Source: Balanoglossus misakiensis (lineage: Eukaryota; Animalia; Hemichordata). From it: a stretch of 64,000 nucleotides of DNA. This document shows, piece by piece, positions 40,316-53,182 of the stretch. Within the stretch, counting starts at the first letter, position 1; every line of letters starts with the position of its first letter. The stretch covers positions 5,659,434 to 5,723,433 of the forward strand of contig CM082593.2 of the NCBI GenBank assembly GCA_040954595.2. The letters are read 5' to 3'. Under the pieces are notes generated by a model that worked only from the letters and a program-made list of their open reading frames with translations, was not told where the DNA came from and searched no databases. Made by a program: the position numbers and the translations under genes.

Positions 40316-43300
40316 ATGGCTGACATCGAATGCACTGGGAACGATGGGGTGGGGCAGGCGCTTCCAGGACGCCCCAGAACCCCGCCACTACCCGAGGGCT
40401 GCCAGCCGTTGTCGAACCAAGTGGCCGGACACATGCATGGTCGCGGAAAAGCAGGTGAGTGCCGTGTGGAGTTACAGACTTTACGTTTAATCACAGTAGA
40501 TCTATGAGTGACCGGTCGAAGACCCATTTAGTATTAACCATTTACATTGTGCTTTGCCCGTGCATTGTATGGTGGGGGACCAGATTCGCATATCCTAATT
40601 GTTCCGCAAGTGTATAGTTTACAATAAAAACACATTCTCCCTTTATAATTTTGCACATATACTTTTAATTACCCTAGTGCGGCGTTCTTCCTGGTGTGTG
40701 CAGAATGCAGTAGCATGGGGTCATCTGATTATCATTGTATTTTTTGAAATTCAGGTCGGAATGCACTTCATTAAAAATGGACGGTCATATGGCTGTTTTC
40801 TACTCTTTTTTTTACGGAACAATGTTCAAAGTTCAAAAATGAAGATACGCCATTTTCATAAGTGACGCTTGTATAATATCCAGTTCGATGACGAATTACA
40901 CTGTTGATTTCCCGGCAATGACACATGACATCATTGCCAGGAGTGTATGCATACAATTTCCTGTCCGTGTTTGCCAACGCTCTACAGGGTCGTTGAACAC
41001 CACAAATACCCGTATGCAATACTCTGGAGCAGTCTCAGTCAATCGCATCTTGAGCTGGGGTCAGTACGTTTGGCAAAATTACATTTTCGCCAAACAAAAG
41101 ACGCTTATTTAAAAAAGTGCAATGTACATGTACTAGTATGCATTTGTGGTGAGGTCATTGGTGTATACGTGCACCGCTATCCGTCAATGCGATCAATGGG
41201 TGTACGTACATACGCGCTTCGCTGGAGGTCGACTCTGCTGTCCCCACCCTACCTCTCCGTAGGGGCATATAGCGCGTTGGCGGTTTGGTATGTAGGCTAC
41301 AGGCGCGACCACAGACAAGCCTTCTATGTTTTCTTGTTATTCAGTCCGCATACAGACTTGTGTCTGTTGCTAGAATAGAAAGATCCGCAGTCCTTTTATG
41401 GACCTTGTGATGCGCACTCAAAGGCCGGCCGCGTGTATTGCAATTGATACATTGTTGACAATCAATGCCATTATTTGCGTTAATGGCGTTATGGATAAGA
41501 AATGCTGAGGCCACTGTTTTGATTGATTGTGAACTGAAATCGCAGTGTTTACTCGTACGAAAGTGTCAATGAATCGGTGGCATCATAAAAAATCCAGTCA
41601 ACACCTTGCAACCGGTGTTTCCCGACGAAGAGCCGGCTGTAGGAAATTGTCAACTCTACGAGATCACGTTTCGTGATTAGGGCTATCGCAATATCTTTAC
41701 GTTCATATTCCGACAATTTTAGCGTGACTGTTCCTTGGGTCCATACGATACGCAACCCGAGACTGAGAAAAGCACTCATAACAGAAGAAAGGGAGACCCG
41801 AGTAAGCCACGGACTGGCGGTTTGTTTTTACTCCTGTCATTTGTCAACAGGCGTGTGTTTCGCGTTCCCCCCTGACCGATCGGTCCCGATTAGTAATCGA
41901 CTGTTAGAAATCATTTGATTCCAAATAGCTTTCCTATTACCGACTCGATCACCTGCAAATTGCAACGTGTTTGATATTACGCCGCGCACAGCACTAGCTG
42001 CAGGCATTGTCATTTTGTACATGCCGACTACCACGTTACCAAGCAAACGAAGTGTTTGCGTCTGTAATTTTGCACTGCAAAACAAATCGGCATTTTAACC
42101 GTATAGACACGCCATTTCCAAGTACTGTTTTCCGTAGATTTAGGAGCTGAACTGGTGGTGATCCGTTCACAAATTAATCCACATTAATCCGCTTAATCAG
42201 ATTATGAACGCTTCCGGGAAATGGGGGTGGTGGTGATGGTGGCGACTGTTTTCATTCTTCGACGGAGCATCAGAAAATAAAGTCAGTCGACAAGAAATGA
42301 AAATGAAAGGTTTTCTGCGTCGTTTAGAAGTGATGTCAAAGCTGATATAAATGTGTGTTCTGTCTCTTAATCCGCGGACAATTTTGACACGTATAGTAAT
42401 CAACCAACATGTTTCCACACATTGTATGATCATTAAAAGCATTGTTAATCGATGATGTATATGCTGTTATATATTACACTGTAAAACACGCATTAAGATT
42501 GCATTAATTCGTACGGTACCGTCGCCATCATATCTGAAATTCTAAACAAATATACCCTTTCAGACTCCTTCCCAACAGGTTACACCTTATACACACTTGC
42601 ATAAGGTTGTTAAATATTAAGCTTGTGAGGTGTGTCGCTCTCGAAGCATTTCGTCAGTCCGTTCTGGAGGTAATATGTGATTAAAACAAATGTGATGATA
42701 GTACACCTCCCATGAGATTGTATGTCGTGGTCGCTAAACCGATGAGCTAGCGAGGGACCGGACAAAACCCATCAGAAGGAGGATGGGTCATTTGAGTTGC
42801 GGGAAGGGCGTGGTGGGGTTCGAGAGAGTCTACAGTTTGCATGCCCTTGACTGTATGCGCCAACATATGGCAGCTACGAGGATTTTATAAATAAATGCTT
42901 GAATAGGAAACATTGATAAGCCACTTGTTCATCGCACTCGAATGCCAAACCTGTTTCCGCCATTCATCCAAAATAAGTAATCGTGGCTATGATAACCACT
43001 GCTTTCTTGTGATCTGGTGATGTGGTGATAAATTTTATTTGCGGCTGTGGCTGTCATATAGTTTCTAGATAACGGGTCAGACGTCTGGGTTTTAGAAGCT
43101 CTGTAGGTTAGCCATGTACAGTGTATTATTAGTCGTGTGGATATAATATGAGTTGAATATTTGGGTCGCTAATGTGTGTAGTTGTCCGAGTGTTTGAAGA
43201 GATCGTTTGCGCGCGTGTTGTGAGGGAAACGGACAGGAAGTCAAGACAACGAAACGCAGACTGACGTCACGATGGACTGGATAAATTTCATAGTTTAGAT

Positions 43301-44203
43301 ATAAAAATAATTGAAACCCGATGAACCGTGCCAAGAGCAACGTCAACGAGTTTGGAAGATTTGTCACGTGACAGCTTAGCCTACTGTATTTTCCACAAAT
43401 AGTGATACCGTGCCTTTGATTGACATGGAAAGTAGTTTTTGTCTATATAGCGTTACTACCTTAAATCAGGGCAAACACTTTACCATGGCGTGTATACAAT
43501 GTGGGGGTACTGCAATTTGGACAAAGCCCACGGAAAATTACGTCATCCTACAGTATATCGGAGGCCGTGTGGTGGCGCCTTTTACATGGTCATGGCCCCA
43601 ACGACCGCCGGGGCAATTAAAACTGCCACACCCTTTCTCGTAGTGCAGAGTCGACAAGCACCAGTGATTCTAGTGTTAATTGTCCTATATAGCCATGGGT
43701 ACGGTAGTGAGTGATGACGTATGCATACCTATGCGTACACTTCTATACAGAAAGAGAATGCATGTTGTCAAGTCGGGGTTACGTACAACAATCCACACAT
43801 GTCAATCTTATCAAGGTCTTGATTTACCAGTTTCGCCTTCAACGAACTGCCGCGATCGATTGCGCTTTGACCCAATTGCAATACCAGTTGTGATTGTGAA
43901 CTCAATGACGAGTGAACTATATCGTCGACGTCCCTTTTATTGGCAGTTTCCCAACCCGTAATATCACACTCGACTGTATCTCTAATAAATATAGACACCC
44001 GATTGAAGACTGGCCACCTGCAACTACGTGTGTCTCTGCTAATAAATAATATGATCCATCTGATTTTAAATTATGTGCTCTTATAGGGAGTACGTAAATT
44101 GATGTAAACCGCGTGTTTAACGGTCACAAATAATGAACAGGTGATCTGCTACTGGTCATCCTGTCCTAGAATTTATCATGCAACTTATTTATATTCATTA
44201 ATT

Positions 44204-44237
<34 letters not shown>

Positions 44238-45817
44238 AAGCTTTATGCTCATGCGTGTTTTCATTTCTTTTTAGGCATATTGGAGAGTGTGGATGGTACA
44301 GTTCTCAAACCCATTTCAACACGCCCTAGCGGGACAAGAGAGTTGGGATTTTTCCAAGAAGTCTTCCGAGAAGACCAGTCTGATCCGATTATAACCGGTT
44401 TGAGGCGGTTTCTTCCTAAATTTATTGGCACTGTACGCGAAGAAGATTCGTTCAGTATCCTTACACCAACATTATGTTGTCGGGCACTTTTGCGAAACTG
44501 CTTCAGAGTTTGACGTCACTGATTGCGACCTCCAGCAATCGTTTTGTACTGCTGAGTTAGTTACACGCTGCTTGATGACGTCGCACAGCTATATGTGTTT
44601 TGTAAAATGCAGAAAGGAAATTCGTTTTATAAGATGAGACAAAGTAACCATTGGCTATTCAAGCGTTATTGTAAATTTCTTAACCCAGCATTTTAGTCAG
44701 TTACATGAAGCTTGATGACGTCACACAGAAGTTTAAGAAACCGTGCATCATGGATGTTAAAATTGGCAGACGAGCTCACGTTCGGGACGCTTCTCAGAAG
44801 AAAAGACAAACCAGTACTTGGAAACATCCACATTTGGCAAAAATGGGCTTCCAGATCATTGGCATGAGGGTAATGTAGGCCTATAGGCCCTAATTGAATT
44901 CAGTGGGAGAATAATCATGGTTTTCCTTATTATTACAGCCATGTACTAACAAATGAAATCTCTGTCATCTTTTTTTCTTCAGATTTATCATCCCTCCAAA
45001 GGTGACTATGTGGTGTTCGATAGAAGTTATGGACGAGAGTTAAGTGAAGATCAAACAATTCATGGTATGTAGGCCTATGAGTGTGCATTCACAGCATATT
45101 CCTCGTCACCCTTAGTACAATATGAATATAGGTCTGTATGTAGGCTGGTCGGTATGTCTGTCATGGAATTATGTGGACTTTAATGTAGTGGACGTCTCTC
45201 TCTCCATTTTTCATTTTTACCTGATTGTTTGTACTTAATACGTTTTCTTTCTTTTCGTTGTTTCAACAAAAGGTTTGGTGAGATACTTCAGCAACCGAAA
45301 GTGTTTTCGTTGTGATGTTGTACCGGCATTCATAAATCGCTTAGAGAAGATAGAGAACTGGTTCCACAAGCAAGATAAATACCACTTCGTGTCAAGTTCT
45401 TTGCTGTTTATCTATGAAGGAGAAACGGAATATGTTAATGATCGCATCCCTTCGCCGTTGACCCACGCACCTCTCAGGAATGGCGCAAATGACGTCATAT
45501 TAGATGCCGTGAACGATCGCGCAGTTTCAAATGGCGGAGACGAGAACCGTTCGGAGCATGCGCGTGCCTCTGTGGACGAATCAGGATCCGTCAGGGAAAC
45601 CGTCACATCATCTCATTCTAACAGCTCACCTGATTTGATGGCTGAGCAGCAGCAGGAGGACTCCCTCACCGACATCAGAATGATTGACTTTCCCCACGTT
45701 GTACCGTCTACATCAGTGGACGACGATTACCTGTACGGGCTGCGCAGACTCATAACTTACTTGAAGACGTTGCTAATTCACGGAGCAGACTACCATCAAC
45801 TCATTGAGCTGGACTGA
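40316..45817 (+). CDS. IPMK: Inositol polyphosphate multikinase, tandem copy 1, 5 exons, ~372 aa
   Basis: Exons 40316-40454, 44275-44454, 44697-44869, 44983-45064, 45273-45817 (1119 nt). Motifs QVAGH, PCIMDVKIG (PxxxDxKxG), SSLL, MIDFPH, YLYGL. Confidence 0.92.
44204..44237. repeat. (TTG)n microsatellite
   Basis: About 11 TTG units just upstream of the IPMK copy 1 exon 2 acceptor. Confidence 0.95.
44455..44696 (+). other. U12-type (minor spliceosome) GT-AG intron, IPMK copy 1 intron 2
   Basis: Donor GTATCCTT; branch site TTTCTTAAC (44676-44684) 12 nt before the TAG acceptor; no polypyrimidine tract; the junction keeps the frame (..DSF/ISYMKL..). Confidence 0.9.
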
Positions 45818-48794
45818 AGACTCGCAAGTGCATTCCAATAATGCCTTTCTTGAATTCATTTACACAAAGCTGCCATGAGGCAAGGTATACACCTTCATTT
45901 TAATGAGAGAAAATTCTCAGATCGCGAAATTAAAGTTATAGGAAATACTTTCACACAAAACAGTATGAACAATTTTTACAGTCTTTATGTAGACACTAAT
46001 ATATACGTACATTTTTTCACATTTTACATGGCCATTAGCATTTTATATTGGAGTGTGACTGTCATATTGCATGATTCACGAGTTTTCCCCTATAGTTTTA
46101 CTACCTCATAAATTTTATTTAACAATAGGTCCTGGGTGAATTATTACAGAAACAAAACGCGAAGTACCTGTCTGCACATTCAACGTTGATTTTAATTTTA
46201 GGTGCCAAATTATGTCATACACGCCCGATGTCGCCTTCAATTTCACTATGAAGCATTTTTATGACACCAACCAGGAGCAAATGCACCATGTAAAAGCCAA
46301 AAGTTTCTTATTGCATCACACTTCAATGACGAACACTCATGCAAGACAAACATATGAAGTATTTTGAATGGTCCAGTACTTTCTCGTAGGCTAGGCTGTA
46401 GTAACTCGAAATTGCAACTTACAACATAAAACTTCGGTTGTGTCATATCTTCAAGGCAACTCTTTTTTGCAATGGTGCTATGGTGGGTAAATAACAATTT
46501 TCATTCTAAAGACTATCTGGTTCATATCTATGCAGATACCATCCATTGTGCCTTCGTCTTAATCGTTCATCGGCGCCATGCAAACTATCTTATGAACTTT
46601 ATGGAAGACAAACTTCAAGTTTTAAGTGTTGAATACTAGTAACTCAGTGCAGTACAGAGATAGTCGCTGTTCAGGAATGAATATTGTGTGATTTAGATTG
46701 TTAACGAGCAGCTACTTGTAGTGTACTGTTTGACAAACATTTACATTTGTAGTCCAGTGACTGTAACATTTCGACTTCCTGTTTAGCGACTGTTTCACTT
46801 CCGGTTTTCAAAATACACCAGATTCCAGCTTCAGCCTTTTGCAACAATTCAGTTCGAAGAGAGACCAAACGTGGTATTTGGATCTGTCGCCATGTACTCG
46901 GTGGTCTTCCGCGATTTTTTAACTCATGTTTCCCCCCCCCCCCCCGCTCCAGTTCGACAAATGGTCTTGCTCAGTGCGTGGCCACAATTTGGCTTGTGCG
47001 TAACTTCCGGCCATGATATTTACCTGTCAGTGAGAATCGGTACAAGCTTTTTCACGAGAAGACGATGCACAATCTGCAAAAAAAATATGATGGCATTAGA
47101 AAGTTAAGGTTCAAGCCAGTGTACGGATCATTTAGGAGCAAACTTATTTCACTTCAACTCGTTAATTCATTTCATTATTGTACAATTATGCAAAAATAAT
47201 TTTGATTGTAATTTGTTATTTTAGTAATTTGTTACGGTGTATTTTCTAGTTTGTTCAATTTACAATGGTGCAATGGTATATGGGATGAGATACATGATAA
47301 TCGTATCATTATTTGTGTTTTATCAATATTTTATGGCAATATTTTAGCAGATGCACGACTTAACAAAAAGATGATTTAAGGGAAGGTTTAAAAAAACTCA
47401 TTGGTAACGTAAACAGTCATTCCGAAAGATCAAAGATTCTGAGTACCGACATTTTACAAGCAAAACAATGCCATTGGAAAGCAAGCATTATCAATGTAAA
47501 TGTTACGTGTTGGTCTACTTTCCGAGTATATGAATACATTCCCGAAGTTTTGTATACCGACGAGGCTTACATTTTGAGAGTTGAGAACAAATTTCCAGTT
47601 ACTGACACACAGACGTGCCAGTGCATGTCTCGGTTTATTCAAACGAGAATGACAAAATGTTCATCGATGTCGCGTTTAAACGTGTATTTTCAGAATCTTT
47701 ACCTAACATTTTCAGACTGTGATTACTGAAAGAAAGTGTGAAATAAAAGGTTCCCTTCAGAGTTACATTGAATGTATTTTAATATTATTACTTTGTTGTA
47801 ATATACTGCACATATCAAAATGCTACGATTCCATGAAAAGCATTTTCCAGAAGAACAACTCACTGCCCGAAGTGCTAATTTGATTATCGAAAGATATAAA
47901 TATGAGAGTTGTTGAACTCGGCTCACAGTCCCCAGACACGCGTCTACCATAAGATAGCGTACCATTCCGTCATCCCGGAATCCGTTTTACGTATGTCATG
48001 GTTTTCACACTGTGCACAGTATCCCGACAAAGCTTGAGTTTCGCCATGTATTTTAATGTAAACGTGATATATTTTGAATCGATCATCGAAACCTTGTGTT
48101 TTGAATGTAACTGTCAATGGCAGCGGTTCCAACTGCTGTTCCTCATTGTCAGACGTAATGTAAACTACCAGTCGTGTATTTATGGCAAGAACACTGTAAT
48201 ATGTAATTAGCAAATAAAAAGTAACAAGAAGCAGCGTAAGATGTATTTCTCGTCTTTCTGTGTGAGTTTTATGACTGAAACCGGGAACATCATATAGACG
48301 ACTGCAGAAAATGGGTGCCCAGATTGCATTTATACCATAGAGGGCGCATGTCACGAATATGTTTTTTGACTGAGGACTCGTTTGTATCGAAATATTTGTG
48401 TGAAAAGTCGTCCACGGTCGTCTAGGGAGTGTTTATTTTTAACTTTTAATATTACAGTTCCTAAAGCATCATGTAAACATATTAACGTTCAAATACAGTA
48501 CCATACCTCGAGGTCATTTCATGTCAACCAATTACCCACGATGCACTTGTATCGGAAGTAAGGGGCTGTAGCAGACTAGACTGGTAATGGTGTGTGTTTT
48601 TGGGTGAAAATGGTCTAAAATGGGGTATGTGGTTTGTACTGGAGGCTGCACACCCACAAACTATCTCATTGCAGAAATCTCCCCCGGGGATCCAGCCCTC
48701 GGCTAAGTAAGGAAACACGTACGCGACCATTCGATCATCAGACGAAAGGTATCAGACGACGGACGATACGATTTTCACAGTCTATGTCAGAAAT

Positions 48795-51700
48795 ATGGCC
48801 AGTGGTGGAGGATACGACGTCGCTTCGCCCGACAGAATACCGACCCCGCCCCTCCCCGAGGGATGCCTACCCCTGGAACATCAAGTTGCTGGACACTTTC
48901 ACGGACGTGGCAAAACGAAAGCAGGTATTTCTGATCGTCCTATTTCAATTCTGTTGTAACCGTGTGCGAAGAGTGTCAGTCACTGAACTGTACAGTGAAC
49001 TAATAGTAATCCTCCAAGCTAATACTAGGGAAATCTCAACGAGTAGAAAATAGCACACAAGGCCTTGCTACGAATTTAATTGAAATGTTAAAAATGGCTG
49101 TTTTCTTCCCAATATTAGTTACGTTTTATATTTTAACATGTTTCATCAAAACCTCTCTTTGCACGACATGAAATTCACACCCAGAAATATACAAGGCGTG
49201 CAGCGCCCTTGTTAATTATTGGCATGGCAATATCCTCATGTTAAAATCCAAATAACTACCGGTACTACGTAATACGATCTTACTATATGATCATACTAAA
49301 TTGAGATCCTCTTTTACAGTGCACGATAATATTGCTTGCACCTATATTAGCCGGATGTGTTTATTTCTGAAATTAGTACGTACATTTAAACTGATCAGCT
49401 TTTCTGTCGTTTGACCTTGCAATGACCACGATCAACACAGTGGCCGTAGCTGCAATGATTGTTGTAATATTTGTGAAAATAAGACAGTGAATACCCAGTT
49501 TTCTTCAGTGTTCAGTGTGGTTTCAGCATTGATGCAAGATCGCTGCCTTACATCTGAGGTATTTTGCCTCTTTGACATTTCCCAGAAGTAAAAAAAAATA
49601 TTCTACTCTACATGTAGAATTAGCGTGCTGGAGATTTCTATTTCAATCTATACAGTAACAGGAAAGTATCATTTTCTGCTTGCCATAATGTCACTATTTG
49701 CAATGTTCTTAGGCTAACCATCACCTGCCCTTCCGAGTTATGTGACAGGATAATAGCGGACAACTAAAGAATTATTGACTGGTAAAATGACATTTTATGT
49801 GGCGAAGATCAGTAATAAGGACGTTCCATTTTGACATATAGAAAATCCATTGAGATCAATTTCCCCATTTCCTGCCTTTGAATGAGTCGTGCAATTGAGG
49901 CGATTTCACTGGCGGCGTGACGTGGTGTCGTAAACGAGTACATTTTATCGCGTGTTAGCTTTGGGGCACTGACTAAGCTGTATTTCCCAATCTGATTACA
50001 AGGATGCAACGAGCACTTAGTGCTGCACTGTAGTAGCAGTGGTGTCTTGCCCAGAATACTTTCATCATGCGGCCAACGTTGTCTCTGCAATGTTTCATTT
50101 ATAAAAAATTCATCGTTGGTGAGTCGGATTGCATTGAAATTATTCCTGAAAGCTCTTCATCCAGATTTATGCTGATCGAGTTCTGAATTTTTCAAAAAGC
50201 GTTCAGGTCAGTGGTTTTATGGGAACGGCTTGAAATAGTAAAATTGTACATTTCTGGTTTGCTTGCCATACAAACTGGATGTTCGGTCTGTTGGTTGTAA
50301 CATCATCAGTCAAGTTGATTAAATTTTTTAGAAGGAATGTATAATTATCTGGTAATTATGTGTGGTGATCACTTTGGCAACCTGGATGACTTCACAGAGC
50401 TAATAATACTTAATAGGATTAAAGTAAGAATTATTAATTATTCAGACAGCTACTTTCAACACAAAAGGATTTCTATATTAAATTTCAAAAGCAATTAATT
50501 CTAGTCTAAGTAATAATGTGATGCGAAATTAACAGTAAACTCGAAATATTGTGCTCTCTCATAGGAAATAGATTCTGTAAAAAAAACCCCACAAAAACAT
50601 TTCTACAGAAAAGAATAACACGCATTGCGATAAAATTACTAGTTAATAAATCTATGATGTTAATTTTCAGTGACATTTTTGTAAGAAATTAGATTTGTGG
50701 TATCGAGGTCAAAAGAGGAAATTGTGAAGTCTATGTTCCTCTATATCTCTGCACTGACGATGGTTTACTGTGAGTGATTCAAGTATATTAGGTTTGACCC
50801 AGAAACTCAATTACTCTTGCAGATTTTCTTCAGTAAATTGTAAGTCAGCTTAACCCCCAGGCAAGGATTGGATTACACCCAGTCTGTCGTTTGCTGGGTT
50901 TTTCTAGTGTTACTATCTTCAATTACTGTTGCTGTCAATAGCTGCTATTTTACTGGTGTTCTTGGTCTGTCCGTGTCTCTCTTTCTCTGTCTGTCTGTCT
51001 GTCTGTCTGTCTGCTTTGCTCTCTGTCTCTCTTCTCTGTCTCAGGCTGTCTCTCTCTGTATCTCTCACTCCCTCTCTCCCCTACCCCTCCCCCTCCCCCA
51101 CCCACACACATTCACAGAAAATACCATGACTGACATAGCAGACTGACTGACACAGTAGATTAACCTTTGTACTGATTCGTATATCTCCACATTTACAGGT
51201 ATGCTACAGTGCAAGGATAACACCCTACTGAAGCCTGTTCAACCGCCCCCTAGAGGTGACCAAGAGAAGAAATTCTTCAGTGACGTTTTTCGTGTCGGTC
51301 AAGACGACCCTGATCTGATCGCGATGCAAAGATTTCTCCCAAAGTACCTTGGAGTGTTTAAATCACCGCAGAACCCAGACAGTATCCTTTTGTAACGGGA
51401 GAGTTACATCTCAACTTGCGGGACTCCACCAACCTTGCACCATTCGCCCTGTTTGTGTACAAGCATGCATATGAAAATGCAACTTAATTTGTTTTGATTA
51501 GGCTATGCACAGAATTTCTCGAGAATGGCAATTTATTGTAAAGGCGGGGTTTCTATCAGTTCTCATATCTTTCCTTGACAAACTTGTCAGTATCCTACCT
51601 GAAACTGGAAGACACCACTCGGCGATTTCACAAACCCTGTATCCTGGATGTGAAGATGGGATTGCAAGTTTATGAGAAAGGTACACCCCTAGACAAAGTG

Positions 51701-53182
51701 GAACTGGCCAGAAAGAAATATCCACCTCTGGACAAAGTGGGATTTCAGTTGCTCGGAATGAGGGTAAGTATTTACTGCTTTATCCTGAACATAGATTTTA
51801 ATTCAAAGGGCAACAGTTCTGATGTTTTAGCCCAGTTACTCGCAGGGATTTATTCAGGGAACGTAGAGAAAAACTAATATGCTGGAATATGAACACCTTC
51901 ACTTCTTCCCCCCTCCAAAGAATCCAACTTTGGTTTAGTCCTGTGGTTGTCAATTCTGAGGAAAGACCAATACACAGTGAAATGGGGTGAAAAGGTTTCA
52001 ATAACACAGTGCCTTCAAACAGTGGAAATAATTTCTATTTTTTTCTGTCAGATTTATCATCCCTCCATTGATGAGTATGTGTTCTATGACAAGACATATG
52101 GAAGAAGTCTTGACGAAGATGGAGTTATTGAAGGTAAGTGATTTCAGTAGTTGGACATTTGGTGGTGTCACACGCTTAGCATGATTACTGTAATTGTATT
52201 ATTGATGGGGCACCGAAGTTGCAAGTAACATACTGAAGTCAACTGCTTGGATTGTTACTATATACCCATGCAATGTAAAGCACACATTAAGTGTTAATAA
52301 ATCGATCTTCCTTGTGATTTGTTGATGGCAGGTCTCGCGAGGTATTTGAACAGCGACGAAGAACTGCGATCCGACGTCATCCCGGCCTTCATCAAAAAAC
52401 TGGAAGAGCTCCTGGACTGGTTCGAGACTCAGACCAAGTACCATTTCTTCTCGAGTTCGCTGCTGTTTGTCTACGAAGGCGAGGTGGTTTCGTCGTCGTC
52501 CGACGAAGAAGACGATCGTGAAGACGCCTACGCCCGCTACGGCTCGAACATCGTCAGCTACTCGGAACTGGAGATGAAGGACTCTGACGCCAGAGAATCA
52601 AAGCTCGGTAGAGCGAGGGCACCATTGCTTCTGCCGCGGCCACCGGGGAAGAATCGCGGCGCTCCTGTATCCGTGACAACAGTCTCCATGGCAACAAGTA
52701 AAGGCAGGGAACAGAATGGGGAGAAATTATCGAACGGTCCTAATGATACAGAGGAAGGTGCCACTGGTTATTCGAAAAACAAAAGTAGTCAGGAAAAGTT
52801 AGCAATCCAGGAACTGAACGGAAATAGCCAAAAGGATTACCGGGGACTCACGGTTGCGGAAATGAGGGCCAAACAGGAAAAGAAACTGGGACCACCCACG
52901 GTGACTTCACCCCTTGCGGCAAACAAAGACTCTGATTGGTCAGTTCCTGGCCCATGTGACTCTCACCCACCAATCAGCAACTCTGATTTAACTATGCAGG
53001 CCTGTGCGCTGGAGCCGGCCAATCCAATCACTTGTACCATCAATGAAGACCTGGTGGACGTTAGGATGATTGACTTTGCTCATGTCATCCGGTCGGACGT
53101 CAAAGACGAAAGTTACATGTTTGGACTCAAGCGACTCATTCAGCATTTTAAAACTTTAAATATTTGCGGCTTTGAGTATTAA
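48795..53182 (+). CDS. IPMK: Inositol polyphosphate multikinase, tandem copy 2, 5 coding exons, ~472 aa
   Basis: Exons 48795-48924, 51199-51381, 51591-51763, 52052-52133, 52332-53182 (1419 nt). HQVAGH, LKPVQPPPRG, PCILDVKMG, SSLL, MIDFAH; intron positions and phases are identical to copy 1. Confidence 0.94.
51382..51590 (+). other. U12-type (minor spliceosome) GT-AG intron, IPMK copy 2 intron 2
   Basis: Donor GTATCCTTT; branch site TTCCTTGAC (51571-51579) 11 nt before the CAG acceptor; the junction gives ..NPD/ISYLKL.. Confidence 0.93.
51893..51998. mobile_element. Highly degenerate copy of the ~90-bp piggyBac-like MITE
   Basis: ACACCTTCAC...TTTGGTTTAGTCC...GAAATGGGGTGAAAAGGTTT resembles the copy at 435-523. 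Confidence 0.45.

Noticed and set aside
51590-51597. GTATCCTA overlapping the U12 acceptor of IPMK copy 2 (looks like a second U12 donor)
   Set aside because: It is explained by the Ile-Ser-Tyr codons, the G belongs to the intron and is removed by splicing, and copy 1 lacks it.
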